Of a stretch of 43,302 bases of DNA, positions 7,801 through 16,272 are shown piece after piece. The translations under genes and the position numbers were made by a program. Location of the stretch: the IMG/VR virus record IMGVR_UViG_3300044580_000031, positions 1 to 43,302 of that record. One strand, written 5' to 3'. Source of the DNA: a virus. Its lineage: Duplodnaviria; Caudoviricetes. Position 1 is the stretch's first letter; each line of letters starts with the position of its first letter. Under the pieces are notes generated by a model. The model was not told the origin of the DNA, ran no database searches, and saw nothing but the letters and a program-made list of their open reading frames with translations.

Positions 7801-10240
7801 CTTTGTCCGTGCCGCCGGGTATTCCCATCTCTTTGGGGCTTACTTCTTGGAGCTGAAGACCTTTGACACGATTTGTTCTGTCAATTGCTCGTTTGGTTTG
7901 TACGTTCCGTCCCGTATCTCCTGCTGCCCCTTCAGCCAGGATTCCAGCTTGTCCGCCGGCACTCTTACCAGCATCCCGTTGGCCGCCTCCATCAGGTACA
8001 CGTCCGGCTTTTGATTGCTCTGTGCCATTTACAGTTCCTCCTTCAATATTCGAGGCGCTTTCCATGCCCGGCAAATTTACCCTCGCATCCGGCGCCGCGC
8101 TCTGCGGCGCCTTCTTTTGCGCCTCGGCTTGCGCGGGGATTTCCATATCCATGGGCGCGGCAGTCCAGTAAGGCTCCTGCGCGAATCCAGGCGCCTCCAG
8201 CACGGGTATTCCCTTGTTTGCTGTATCATCAAGCGGCGTCAATATCCCCGCTGTTTCAGCCTCCTTTTGTAAGGAGGTTGCAGTCACCGGAGGATTTCCG
8301 TCCAAAGCCGCCTGCATGGCCGCTTTGAGATCCGGCACCTCCTCCGTAGGACTCAGCGCTTCCTGCATGGCCGTTTTCAGTTCCATCGCGTATTCGCGCA
8401 CGCTCTCCGGCGTGGCCTTTTCTAAATTCAGCGGCTTCGGCCTCACGTTCTCCGGCAGCTGCTTCGCTATAGCGTTCAGGGCCTTCGCTGCCTTCTTGAC
8501 TTCCTGCTTTATTTTAAGCGAAGCCTGCGCCTCCCCGGAGAACAGCATCTCCCCTCCTCCCAGGATCCCGCCGACGAAAGCGCCGCCCCCGAATTCCGCG
8601 GCCGCCGTCAGAGGATTTAGTATAGCCTCCGGATCCTCCAGGGAGAAGAGCGCGTTCCCCTTCCCGTATACGGTGTTCTGCAGGAGCCTTTCAATGATCC
8701 CCTGCACGATCTCTTCCTTCCCCTCATCCAGCATGGTGTCCACCCACTGCCGGATGGCGGATCTGTTGCCGGTCTTTAATGCGTCGGGCAGCTCCTGTAT
8801 GCCCCCTCCGCCGACCTCCACATAGGCGTTCAGCAGAGCGTTGAGAATGGCATAGGTGGAGGCCTCCATTCCGGTAGCCCCGTCTTTCTTCGCCTGTTCA
8901 AAACTGTCGCCGGCCACCTGCAGGGCCGGCAGCCAGAACTGCGGGCTCTGCACCATGGCCTTTGTTGCCGCGCCGACCGTGATGGCAAGTGAGCTTGCCC
9001 CCGTGCTTGCTAAACCCGCGGCGGCCGTCGCCTCCAGATTGGGGACTAAACTGGCCCCCGAAGACATCAAGGCCAATACCGCCTGCGGCAGCGCCGCGAC
9101 GATCATGCCCCCGAGCTTCGCCGCCTTGTCCTGTAAGGGTGTAAGGGATTGCGCGAAAGCCTCCGTCGCGGCTCTCTCTTTATCTGACTGCGCTTTCAAT
9201 AAGGAGACAGGATTGTTCTCCCACCCCAGGGCCTGCAGGGGATTCCCGATCAGCCAGTTTGCCGTGTTGATAAGTCCCCCGCCCGTCTGGTCCGCGCCGC
9301 GGTTTATGGCGGTTCGGAGCGTGTCCCCGAAACCCCGCATCCCCTCCCGGAAGCCTATCCCCTCCCCCGCCTCTCGCATGGTCACGAGGATTGGATTTTC
9401 CTTATACAGGCGCTTTTTCTCCTCATTCAGCGCCGCGAGTGAATCTACGGAGGCCTTCAGCTGTTTCCGCAGCTTGTCTGTTTCTTCTGTACTGTAGAGC
9501 CCCGGTGCCATCGCGGCCCCGGTCAGCTCATTTTGCAGGCTTTTCATCGTCTCTTCCTGTTCCGCTATCCGCGCCCGCAGGGTGTTCATCTGGTCTACCG
9601 CCAGATAAGAGGAGTACACCCCGAACCGCTGCTTTAACACGGGGCTCGCGTTAAACTCGCTCTCGGAAACAGGACCGGTCCGCCCGGCCCCTCCGCCTCC
9701 GGAGCCCCCCATCCCGCTCCCCACACCGGGGCTATATGTCCTGCCGCTTCTGGCCGCATACGTATTTCTCACTCCCGCGTCGCGCGCGTCGCGGTAGTCC
9801 GGCAGTCTGTCATAGATCTCCCCGAACTCCGCCGCGTCCCGCTCGTAGGCTGAAAGCATGGTCTCATAGACGCTCAGGCTTGCGTTGTAGTCCTCCAGGT
9901 ACTTCCGGTTCCCTGTAGTCTCATAAGCGGAACGCAGGGCGTTTATGGCGCTCCCTGCGTTGTTAAGCTCTTCCCTTTTTCTCTGCAAACCCTCGGCCCT
10001 TCGGGTTGCCTCACGCGCCGTGTCCTCCACGGTCCGTTTGGCGTAGGAGGACCGGATCCCCGCGTCCCTCGCTCCTCTTTCGGTGCTCATATCGTCGTAT
10101 GGGGCTTTTATCGGTTCTATGGTACGGGGGTCGTATTCCGCCGCGATTCGTTTCTGCTCCTCCGTCAGCGTAAGTCTCTTTTGCGGGGCGAATTGCTGCG
10201 CGATTCTCTTTTGTTCCTCGGTCAGTGTGTAGCGTCCCAT
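1856..10240 (-). CDS. Giant (2794 aa) virion/ejection-type polyvalent protein with an HExxH metallopeptidase-like and a BECR/PBECR nuclease-like domain
   Basis: Last gene of the structural operon; hydrophobic Gly/Ala-rich segments; ADHELFHAL zincin motif; EHLVNKHG...VILRTAF domain bracketed by RYS linkers. Confidence 0.7.
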   Translation of the reverse strand: MGRYTLTEEQKRIAQQFAPQKRLTLTEEQKRIAAEYDPRTIEPIKAPYDDMSTERGARDAGIRSSYAKRTVEDTAREATRRAEGLQRKREELNNAGSAINALRSAYETTGNRKYLEDYNASLSVYETMLSAYERDAAEFGEIYDRLPDYRDARDAGVRNTYAARSGRTYSPGVGSGMGGSGGGGAGRTGPVSESEFNASPVLKQRFGVYSSYLAVDQMNTLRARIAEQEETMKSLQNELTGAAMAPGLYSTEETDKLRKQLKASVDSLAALNEEKKRLYKENPILVTMREAGEGIGFREGMRGFGDTLRTAINRGADQTGGGLINTANWLIGNPLQALGWENNPVSLLKAQSDKERAATEAFAQSLTPLQDKAAKLGGMIVAALPQAVLALMSSGASLVPNLEATAAAGLASTGASSLAITVGAATKAMVQSPQFWLPALQVAGDSFEQAKKDGATGMEASTYAILNALLNAYVEVGGGGIQELPDALKTGNRSAIRQWVDTMLDEGKEEIVQGIIERLLQNTVYGKGNALFSLEDPEAILNPLTAAAEFGGGAFVGGILGGGEMLFSGEAQASLKIKQEVKKAAKALNAIAKQLPENVRPKPLNLEKATPESVREYAMELKTAMQEALSPTEEVPDLKAAMQAALDGNPPVTATSLQKEAETAGILTPLDDTANKGIPVLEAPGFAQEPYWTAAPMDMEIPAQAEAQKKAPQSAAPDARVNLPGMESASNIEGGTVNGTEQSKAGRVPDGGGQRDAGKSAGGQAGILAEGAAGDTGRNVQTKRAIDRTNRVKGLQLQEVSPKEMGIPGGTDKASVTAVPESAWDEEETAVAESLRKYGIEVTYFHGQLQVRDASGKTRAVRGVYSNGRIFIQANNMQIGISQLADHELFHALAEGNPGLVSSIREALQEKYTEAEFAKIVRRYQDAYHGLYDGLAVLEEIYADAYAGINAFGAGATKYTEEVRSVTDEKTKTVSEREANRTRGPPARYSAMYKSGYEDFQDYYDHVLENRSNPQEKNKSYFSFETPAEIDVFFNGVEHLVNKHGMSADQVKEIVEGLDNVLAARISDRKGTYDGTPVVTKVETPEGFAGVLLEFMPSGRVILRTAFFGKESNIDAWMQKNGPRALSTGNADAAAFSGNRFSISNIQQQLGIVNTRYSVEEEERGTLAPWLETEEQAKQAGYPVIDNVQIFPFKTWVKAMERGNIGLVTGLSITNAQGVKYLKVSFWNKQEGKRATVALPVTQLEPVPGKYQPEEKELAALLETEPEIVEKERFQEEYDAFWDSVYGYQRTEKKPDYDAGKAEEYISNMPQKAQAFLKRAEKGLVSRVGGLLGVPRWAQREFLQDIARMISGEYLLTGQVSDETIESMFEVAYDEAVAVDDEYYSQYRSLKEQLRERRITLSERDKKDFADWSDFLRSNFGTLKIVNDGTPVDTVYMELAEEYPELFPGDVTHPADMLRQISDVAKSIYKVEKSLDDYYGDHSDEIRRYAREDFKNIIGDVMIEVRSVKRYAEEARRETEEKDLSTKDVRELWLLYKDARRMSEKAVRKNLLTEYDNAQVDRLLKGEIGLEDIPTDRANYKGIKAVYEAKLEYERLGEILRKHNAGRKAALRKKADGLLETANIWKDKKAGILYMRETMERNIRDIVPNRKLAERIIATYFTPVHKNEAKRTRARDAYRARVKALNLSRRVEKGNQISEAAAVQLLGEATDAIEYLESSKGRVKDRDGKSLADWKGIVDDLWVKSPNLNKGKIKKAVEEFRAIYNELFEQMNEARIRNGYEPVNYRRGYFPHFQKDQSDSIIKKMGHALGIETEVTALPTTINGMTHSFRPGIRWFGGAQERKGVNTNYDAVEGFDRYIEGVTDVIYHTDDIQALRALAEQIRYRTGDEGIREQVDRVRKNAALTDEEKKERIDSIFREGEYALSNFVVDLEEYTNLLANKKSALDRKMEQLVGRGFYNLAKSLESRVAANMVAINPASWLTNLIPLTQGWSQVGSVDLLRGMWDTLNSFVEEDGMIETSDFLTNRRGSDPLVRTKSQAVSSLLSTPMRIIDGFTAGSLIRARYTKNLREGLSDAAAMEEADGWVAGIMADRSKGSSPTLFASQNPLIKLVTQFQLEVNNQLSFLFKDLIPEERKKGVLRLSLALMKFLLGAWLYDELYEYLIGRRPALDPLGILNDSIGDFTGYELPNMVELGIGAVKGDLPSFQTERLGYTEATGALFKGFAEELPFVGGLLGGGRLPIYNAVPNFVKLFGAAGKLIFNQGNERKNWNTLKTEIIDPMAYLALPFGGGQVKKAYQGIQTVLRQGSYAVDSEGRDILQYPVFNDSPVKTAMNFIQSVIFGKSALPEAREWVEREFKSMSAVQTAMYQGLLDVGVSAREAYGILEDLSKVEDPDKEDEYGKAYLKLQLLKESKISKEGKAVIYYGMMASEEERELMDAMEEEGADAGEVAKVLSVIKEANVLRGEEGSKAKREALRSSELSPAEKAMIYYERFASDDERVLLDEVSDSAEAARLLLEFKENGTLKGSAVNIANRTALIDADLSEKDKIAIYRDRISDKRDDDIASVMKTGLSFNDFLEAQNQYTTIEEKYDNAGVRATMFSNWADKKGYSEKQKAAVTEAFKYFSQIPQEAERYEKFTSAGISEDAALKLDGLLRDASAALPEGETMSDMEKARTVVDAITNERDQLAALSVVLRESEYKRIETGYGYDVPPAAYIKAKENAAIIDENGSLTQAEAKEAIDAIPGLTTAQRAALWQLMNKSWSSAKNPYNASVGARVRAMLQGDNDGLRLTGLD

Positions 10241-10251
10241 AGCTTCCTCCC

Positions 10252-11202
10252 TCAGTATCCGCGCTCGTAGCCGGCCCCGTAGTATTCCAGATAGCTCTTG
10301 AATGTCTGCGCCGCCGCGCCCGAGTACCCGTTGGCCTTGAGCCAGTTGTCCAGCGTCCTGGAGTCTATCTTCACATTCGGATGCGCTTTGTAATATGCGG
10401 CGGCCGCCTGCGCGATGACCTTTTCTCCCGACGGCTTTTCCTCCACATCATACTGGGGACTCCCTGGTGTTCCCGGACTCTCAGGAGTGCCTATATTGGC
10501 GGTCGGTATCACCTCCTGCGCTTCCGCCTGTGCCGCTAGAGCCGCCTGCGCTTGCTGTCTCTGCTGAAACTCATTCTCGTCCAGGAAGCGCCCGTAATTG
10601 ATCTCGTCCTGCCCCTGCAAGGCGGAGAGTTGTGACCCCAGCATGTTGAACTCGCCCAGATACCGTCCGTAAGCGCTCTCGTAGAGCTCCGGCAGCTTGT
10701 CCGAGAGCTTGGAGGCGTAGTAGTCCCCCGCCTGCGTGGCCGCCGTCTGCGCGTAGGAGGAGGGTATTCCCCCCGTCAGCATCGCCCCCTGCGCCAGGGC
10801 GTTCTGCGTAGCCCGCTCCCCCTCCCGCAGGTACTCTTTTTTATACGCGGAATAATTCGGATCCTGATTTTTGTCGTAGGAGAAGGAAGGGTAGCTCCCC
10901 ATCCTGTCCAGAAGCCCGCTGATCCGGCTGTCGCCCTGAAAATCATTGGGAGACTGCAGAAGAGAGTAGTACCCCGTCCCATCATCGCGGGAGGTGTAGT
11001 TCCCGTAGTTCCCCCGCAGCTTCTCCGCCTCCGTGTGGATCAGCGCCTTTGCCTGGTCCGTACCCGCCTTCGCGTAGTCCTGCTTCAGCGTCAAGAGCGA
11101 CATCCCAAACTCCGGGTTGGCTTTCGCCGTCGCGAGATCCGCCGGGGAAAACTGGTTTATCATGTTCCCCGCCGCCTTCACGAAATCTTCATAAGTGTAC
11201 AT
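10252..11202 (-). CDS. Virion/ejection protein (316 aa, probable start MYTYEDF)
   Basis: Strong RBS GAAAGGAGAG before the ATG at 11202; YDKNQDPNYSAYKKEYLREGERA...LTGG..SSYA motif seen in clostridial phage virion proteins; position next to the giant protein. Confidence 0.6.
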   Translation of the reverse strand: MYTYEDFVKAAGNMINQFSPADLATAKANPEFGMSLLTLKQDYAKAGTDQAKALIHTEAEKLRGNYGNYTSRDDGTGYYSLLQSPNDFQGDSRISGLLDRMGSYPSFSYDKNQDPNYSAYKKEYLREGERATQNALAQGAMLTGGIPSSYAQTAATQAGDYYASKLSDKLPELYESAYGRYLGEFNMLGSQLSALQGQDEINYGRFLDENEFQQRQQAQAALAAQAEAQEVIPTANIGTPESPGTPGSPQYDVEEKPSGEKVIAQAAAAYYKAHPNVKIDSRTLDNWLKANGYSGAAAQTFKSYLEYYGAGYERGY

Positions 11203-11223
11203 GGATACTCTCCTTTCTCCTAT

Positions 11224-11320
11224 AAAGGCTTCTCCTTGAGGAGAAGCTGTCCGCGCAGCGGACGGATGAGGTGTTAATGCCCTCCCTCGTGGGAAGACGG
11301 CGCGCAACGCCGGATGAGTG
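11224..11320 (-). repeat. REP-like double-hairpin element, two tandem copies (second degenerate)
   Basis: + strand AAGGCTTCTCCTTGAGGAGAAGCTG-TCCGCGCAGCGGA-CGGATGAGG; near-identical to 39204-39253. Confidence 0.75.
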
Positions 11321-12886
11321 TCATAGTTCGCTTCCGACCGTGATCTCTTTCGCCAGCGAATAGATCTTGCAGCCGCCCGTCCCGGACAGCTTCAGCCGAT
11401 AGTGGTCGCTTCGCCTCGGTTTGATCGGCAGATATACGCTCCGCTTATTGGCGGCCGTGATGGTGGACACCGTCTCCCATGTGGTGCCGGAGTCGTATTT
11501 GATATACACCGTCACGCTCGCGCCCGTGTCGAGCTCCAGCCGCAGCTGCAGCTTGTTCACGGATTTTTTGTTGGGGCTCTTTCCCGTGAAGTCCCCGAAC
11601 TCCGCGTACCAGTTGAAATCTTCTTCCTCTTCCGATTCCGGCGGGCTCAGAATGTTCCCCGTGATCCAGATTTTCCCGTCGGCCGCCAGATAGTACAGAT
11701 CATCGGTAAAGGCGAAGTCCAGCACCTGCGTCGAATCCTCCCTGTGCCATAGCCCGTTCCCGGTGTCGTAAACAAAGAGGTGCCACGCGTTCGCGTTGTC
11801 CTTCATGGAGAGGTAGTATCTTAATCCGTCGCTCCCGCCTACTCCATCCTTAAACGGCTGTCCGAACACCTCCCCGATCTCGGAGGGGATCCCGCCGCTG
11901 TAGGCCACCGGCCCGCTCCGGGAGAGATAGAAAAGAATCTCCCCCGCAACAGCCAGGCTCCGGCCGCTCCCCTCCGCCACGCCCAGTCTTGCGGAGGGGA
12001 TGGGCTCGAAATTTCGGGGGAAGCTGCCGTAGATCTTATGGATGTGCTCCGGCTTGAAGCCTATCGGGTATCCCAAATAGCCATAGGCCCCGGAGAAGTC
12101 CCCCGCCGAGCCCGTGTCCACGGCGTAAGAGTCCGTATCTAACCCGTCGAACACATTCCAGTTGAAGGGATCCCCCAGTTTGCTGGCGTAGATCATGTCG
12201 CCCTTGAAGCCCCAAAGCCGGTTATTGTTCTCACAAATATGGTCCATGTCCGGCACGCTTCGTTTGATCGTTACGGAGGCCTCGCTTCCGTTCTCGAACA
12301 CGTTCTCATAAAAGCGAAGGTACGACCCGTCGATCTCCCGGATGATGGGCGTCTTGTTGTTTGCCGTGTAGACCGCGCAGCCGCTGATCGTCACGGCGTC
12401 CCCCACCCGGAAGTAGCTGCTCCAGGTCACGCCTGTCGCAAAGATGGTGTTGGCCTCGGCGGCCTCGCCGTAGATCGTCCCGTCCTGGAAGGTCACGCCG
12501 CCGCTCCACGTGGATTCCAGATCCCCGAAGGTGTCCGTCACGGTGTTGTAGTATTTTTTATCCGGAAAAATGATGATGAAAGCGCCGATGGCCGCGAAGG
12601 TCTTCCGGCTGTTCGCCACCGTACCCTTGGATTCGCCGTCGTAATAGAACGCTGTCCCGTCCACCCAGCAGAGCTTGTCCTTGCCGAAGAGGCCGTTGGG
12701 GTTTGTTAATGTGGTGAGGAGCCGCCGCTTCGGCCGCGTGGAGAGCAGGGGGTACTCCAGACCGCAGAGGTTCCCCATGTCGTAGATATCTCCGTCCCCC
12801 GCGGCGTATGTATGGTTGTAGCCCTTGAACGCGATCTGCTGCGTCTTCTTGATCTCGTCCGCGTATGGCATCTCCGGCAGTCTCAT
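11321..12886 (-). CDS. Tail nozzle / head-stabilisation protein (P22 gp10 / T7 gp12-like, beta-propeller type)
   Basis: 521 aa, beta-rich; NNRLWGF...IYASKLGDPFNW and LFVYD...WHRED motifs; position in the tail module. Confidence 0.6.
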   Translation of the reverse strand: MRLPEMPYADEIKKTQQIAFKGYNHTYAAGDGDIYDMGNLCGLEYPLLSTRPKRRLLTTLTNPNGLFGKDKLCWVDGTAFYYDGESKGTVANSRKTFAAIGAFIIIFPDKKYYNTVTDTFGDLESTWSGGVTFQDGTIYGEAAEANTIFATGVTWSSYFRVGDAVTISGCAVYTANNKTPIIREIDGSYLRFYENVFENGSEASVTIKRSVPDMDHICENNNRLWGFKGDMIYASKLGDPFNWNVFDGLDTDSYAVDTGSAGDFSGAYGYLGYPIGFKPEHIHKIYGSFPRNFEPIPSARLGVAEGSGRSLAVAGEILFYLSRSGPVAYSGGIPSEIGEVFGQPFKDGVGGSDGLRYYLSMKDNANAWHLFVYDTGNGLWHREDSTQVLDFAFTDDLYYLAADGKIWITGNILSPPESEEEEDFNWYAEFGDFTGKSPNKKSVNKLQLRLELDTGASVTVYIKYDSGTTWETVSTITAANKRSVYLPIKPRRSDHYRLKLSGTGGCKIYSLAKEITVGSEL

Positions 12887-13981
12887 TTAATACCCCTCCA
12901 TGTAATTGGCCCTTGCTGATAGATAAGTAGCTGTCCGATATGCCGATAAGCTAGCAGTGGGTACCATGATTTTTGCGACAGTAGTCACGGCCGGTACCGC
13001 GCTTGTTCCCGAAAACGTCGGGGGTGAAGCAGACCGAAACCAGAATTTTTTGCACGAGTCAAGCCCAGTAAAGTCTTGTCCGGTAACGCTTGTAATTGTG
13101 CTTGGAAGAACGAATGTGGTAAGCTTGTGTGCAAAATATAAGAAAGATGTCGGTAAACTAGTCGGCCCCTCTGCAATGGAGGCAACATCCAAACTAAAAG
13201 CATTTGTCAAAATATTGCCGCTTCCAAAACTTGTGCACGTGGAAGGAGAAATGAAACAAACGAGTGATGCACATCCGTTGAGAGAATATGCTCCGAGGTT
13301 TGTTATTCCGCTGGGGAGGGATATGCAAATCAACGACGTACAGTTGCTAAATGCGTATCCGCCTAATATTACAACATCGGCCCCAATGAATGCCTTGATC
13401 AATGTTTGCCTGTATGCGTTAGACGTTCCTCCGATCACTGTATTTCCGGTTGCATACCCAAGCGTGTACGTTCCGCTTCCGCTGGAAATCCACAACTTGA
13501 TTATGTAATCCCCCGCCGACGCATATGTATGAGATTCGCTCGTATTGTTAGCATATGTATTTGTACTGGTGTTCCCGTCGCCCCAATCTATCGTTAGAGT
13601 GAAGGAAGTTGATTTGTTAACATAGATCGTTGGCGCTAACCCGCTCGCTGCCGTGAGCGTAATATACAGGTGCGTCTTGCCATCTGCGGTTATGTACGTC
13701 GCGCCAATATCGAGCGCCGACGCCGTTGCATTAACTTGGGCAAGCGAATAATTCCATTCTTGCCAAGTTAATCCATCGGCTGAACGGTCAGGGCCGGTTG
13801 GGAGTGCCGCTAAAGCATTCGCTTCGGCAATGGTGTACCCTGCGACTAAAGCACCGTCGAAGTCGTAAAAGTTGACGTCTTTTTTTACAGGAGCACCGCC
13901 AGCTATCCCGGCAATGGTTAACCCGGTTATTTGGCTCCAATCATTAATTGCTGGATTCCGGTACCATAGCGTATTAGCCAT
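12887..13981 (-). CDS. Putative receptor-binding/tail protein with a PKD-like domain and BspA-type leucine-rich repeats
   Basis: TIDWGDG...HTYASAGDY (PKD-like), then AFSNCTSLICISLPSGITNLGAYSLNGCASL repeats; more AT-rich than its neighbours. Confidence 0.7.
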   Translation of the reverse strand: MANTLWYRNPAINDWSQITGLTIAGIAGGAPVKKDVNFYDFDGALVAGYTIAEANALAALPTGPDRSADGLTWQEWNYSLAQVNATASALDIGATYITADGKTHLYITLTAASGLAPTIYVNKSTSFTLTIDWGDGNTSTNTYANNTSESHTYASAGDYIIKLWISSGSGTYTLGYATGNTVIGGTSNAYRQTLIKAFIGADVVILGGYAFSNCTSLICISLPSGITNLGAYSLNGCASLVCFISPSTCTSFGSGNILTNAFSLDVASIAEGPTSLPTSFLYFAHKLTTFVLPSTITSVTGQDFTGLDSCKKFWFRSASPPTFSGTSAVPAVTTVAKIMVPTASLSAYRTATYLSARANYMEGY

Positions 13982-13990
13982 ATTCAGCCC

Positions 13991-14824
13991 TCACGACGTT
14001 TTGACAAACATGTCGTAGTCCTGGTACCCGCTCGCCGGGAAGTCTGCTCCGAATCCGATATTTCTGGCACCGAATCCCGTCCCCGTGTTCCCCACGCCCG
14101 TTATCCTTCCGGACGCGAATTCCAGCGTTACGGCGTTCCCGCTATCATCCGTGTATTTGATCACCGCCTTGTCGGCGGGCTTCGTAATAACCAGCCTGTC
14201 GTTGTCCCCCACGCCCGTCCCGGCCCCCAGCACGAAGCGGGGCACATACACCCCGTCTACCAGATCAAACGAAAGGGAAGCCTTGCAGAGCTCCGTGTAC
14301 TGATAAACCGTAACGGGGAAAGCCGTCGCTGTTGTGCTCATGCCCAGCATTTCCGCTGTGTACCAATACAGCAGATTCCCGTTCCGGTCCGAGTGCTGCG
14401 TGGTCTGCGGCGTCGCCCCATCCAGCACGACCGTCCCAGTCATGAGCTTGATACTCTGTCCCTGGATCCAGACGAAGTTAATGTCCGCCGTGTCACTGTC
14501 CTTGTATCTGGATACCTTGTTGGCCGTCAGCAGCCTGTCGCAGGTGAGCTCCGCGATATCTCCGAACTCCGCGTACAGGTTCTGCGTGATAACGGTGTTG
14601 GTGATCACCGTATTCGCCACAACGACACCCGCCCGGATCATCTCGACAAAGTCGTCCATCGCCCTTTTGTTCCAGTTCGACGTGTCCAGGTTCGACAGCG
14701 TATACCGCAGTGTCTCCAGCAGCATGTAGAGGTAATTCTGGACCGCCGCCAGTTTCTGCTCGGTCGATTCTCTCCCCGTGAAACGCGGGAAGCCTATATC
14801 CAGCGCCGCCAATCCGCCCGGCAT
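13991..14824 (-). CDS. Tail-associated protein (fibre/adaptor)
   Basis: 277 aa; N-terminal helical segment QNYLYMLLETLRYTLSNLD; lies in the tail module with an RBS. Confidence 0.55.
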   Translation of the reverse strand: MPGGLAALDIGFPRFTGRESTEQKLAAVQNYLYMLLETLRYTLSNLDTSNWNKRAMDDFVEMIRAGVVVANTVITNTVITQNLYAEFGDIAELTCDRLLTANKVSRYKDSDTADINFVWIQGQSIKLMTGTVVLDGATPQTTQHSDRNGNLLYWYTAEMLGMSTTATAFPVTVYQYTELCKASLSFDLVDGVYVPRFVLGAGTGVGDNDRLVITKPADKAVIKYTDDSGNAVTLEFASGRITGVGNTGTGFGARNIGFGADFPASGYQDYDMFVKTS

Positions 14825-14886
14825 ATGAACCCCTCCTATTCCTATGCGGGCGGCATCTGCCGCCCGCTCTCTTCATCTGTCTGCAA

Positions 14887-15198
14887 CTATTCGGGCAAGG
14901 TGTCTTTTGCCGCTTCGACAAACCACGCCTGCCGCTCATTCAGGTACTTCACTATGTCGTCGATCGCCTGACTCATCCAAGCCGTTACCTTAATGCCCAT
15001 GGCTTCAAGCTGTGCCAGTACCATGGCCTTTTTCTCCCCGCCGAGGCCGGAGCCCCGCACGGTCTGCTCCGCCTTCTGAATCAGATCCGCCAGGACGGCC
15101 AGGATTTGCTGTTTCTTTGTCCGGAGCAGGTATGCCCCAATGGCGCACACGCCTGCCAGGATCAGCGCGAGGGCTAAGTCTTTTATGTAGTCGAACAT
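14887..15198 (-). CDS. Holin-like membrane protein (LL-H-like)
   Basis: N-terminal transmembrane helix, then the AEQ...G.G.EKK motif; next to the endolysin. Confidence 0.65.
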   Translation of the reverse strand: MFDYIKDLALALILAGVCAIGAYLLRTKKQQILAVLADLIQKAEQTVRGSGLGGEKKAMVLAQLEAMGIKVTAWMSQAIDDIVKYLNERQAWFVEAAKDTLPE

Positions 15199-15473
15199 CA
15201 GATTGTTCTCCCTTCCGTATTGCAGTCTTTCATGGCCGCTTCATATACGATCCCACCCGCGGTGTTCTCCGCCTTGCTCTTGTTGTAGTACATCGCCTGG
15301 CTCACCCCGTAGGCGCCCCACGCGCCCGTGAGCGTGACACTGAGCCAAGGCAATGTCCCCGTATACCCCTTCAAAACACAAAGGAAGGCCAGGCCGATGA
15401 AGGAGAGCGTCAGCACCCATATGAGTATGCTCTCCTGCACGAGCAGCTTCTTCGAGAAGGTCTTACTTCCCAT
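15198..15473 (-). CDS. Two-TM membrane protein of the lysis cassette (holin/antiholin-like)
   Basis: FSKKLL...two hydrophobic helices...YYNKSKAENTAGGI; translationally coupled to the endolysin. Confidence 0.6.
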   Translation of the reverse strand: MGSKTFSKKLLVQESILIWVLTLSFIGLAFLCVLKGYTGTLPWLSVTLTGAWGAYGVSQAMYYNKSKAENTAGGIVYEAAMKDCNTEGRTI

Positions 15474-16272
15474 CCTGCACCTGCCGGTACTCCGTCACGG
15501 CGTATTCCTCGCGCGTCAGGAAGGACCTGTACCGCTTGTTCCCGTGCTCGTCCCCGCGGATGATCCCCTGCCTCTCGGCCCAGTCCCGCGCCTCCTGGCT
15601 CCACGCGCCCGGCTCCAGCGCGGCCCGCTCTTCCTCGTACCGGGCCATGTACTCCTTGAACTTCTCGTATGAAAACATTTCCCCGTCCTCCTCCAAATAG
15701 TTCCACATGCCGCCCAGGGTCTTCGCCTCGTTGAAATCAACGCTGATCCCGGCTGCCTTCTTTCCCCAGGCGTACTGGTACACGTCCAGGTGCTCGCTCA
15801 CCTGTCCGCCGGACCATCCGACGCACTGCCAGTACCGGTCGCATACGCCGCGCCTATGCATCTCCTCAATAACGTAGTAGCTCCCGTAGACGCCTAAAGG
15901 ATGCGCCCCGATCTGCTCTCCGGCCGCTCTCAGGTACGCCTCGATGTTGTCCATGTCCCAATTGGCGGCCCCGAAGTCCACGGCGAAATAGATGCAGCCG
16001 CTCTCCGGCATAAATATCTCCCGTGCGCAGCTGAAGGCCTTCGCGCCGTCTGCCGCTCCGTTCTTCGCGCCGCCCTTCGCCCGGTCCGCCGTGGTCTCAA
16101 AGACGCACATCACAAGGAGCCCGGCGTCCGTCAGGTACTGCACCTCCGCGCCGGTGAGCCGTTTCGCATATCCGGCCGGCACCAGGTACCGCGCGGCGAA
16201 TGCGTATCCCTCTTCCGCCAGCTGTTTTGCCGCGGCTTTGTTGATGGGCGTCGCGCAGTCTATACCCTTCAT
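15463..16272 (-). CDS. Endolysin, GH25-like/DUF1906 glycoside hydrolase with a C-terminal SLH-like module
   Basis: KGIDC...GYAFAARYL...IYFAVDF...GVYG; C-terminal W..EA..WA...GIIRGD...LTREE. Confidence 0.85.
   Translation of the reverse strand: MKGIDCATPINKAAAKQLAEEGYAFAARYLVPAGYAKRLTGAEVQYLTDAGLLVMCVFETTADRAKGGAKNGAADGAKAFSCAREIFMPESGCIYFAVDFGAANWDMDNIEAYLRAAGEQIGAHPLGVYGSYYVIEEMHRRGVCDRYWQCVGWSGGQVSEHLDVYQYAWGKKAAGISVDFNEAKTLGGMWNYLEEDGEMFSYEKFKEYMARYEEERAALEPGAWSQEARDWAERQGIIRGDEHGNKRYRSFLTREEYAVTEYRQVQDGK

Noticed and set aside
1856-10240. Tape-measure protein of a long-tailed phage
   Set aside because: No tail tube, tail terminator, assembly chaperone or baseplate genes recognised; the adaptor/nozzle gene set and enzyme-like domains fit a short-tailed virion
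10252-11307. N-terminal extensions in the ORF track (e.g. starts at 11307, 18146, 25641, 28691, 31355, 35471, 37911, 39699)
   Set aside because: Downstream starts have better RBSs or stop/start coupling and begin at the family motif
12887-14824. Diversity-generating retroelement acting on tail genes
   Set aside because: No reverse transcriptase and no template/variable repeat pair seen
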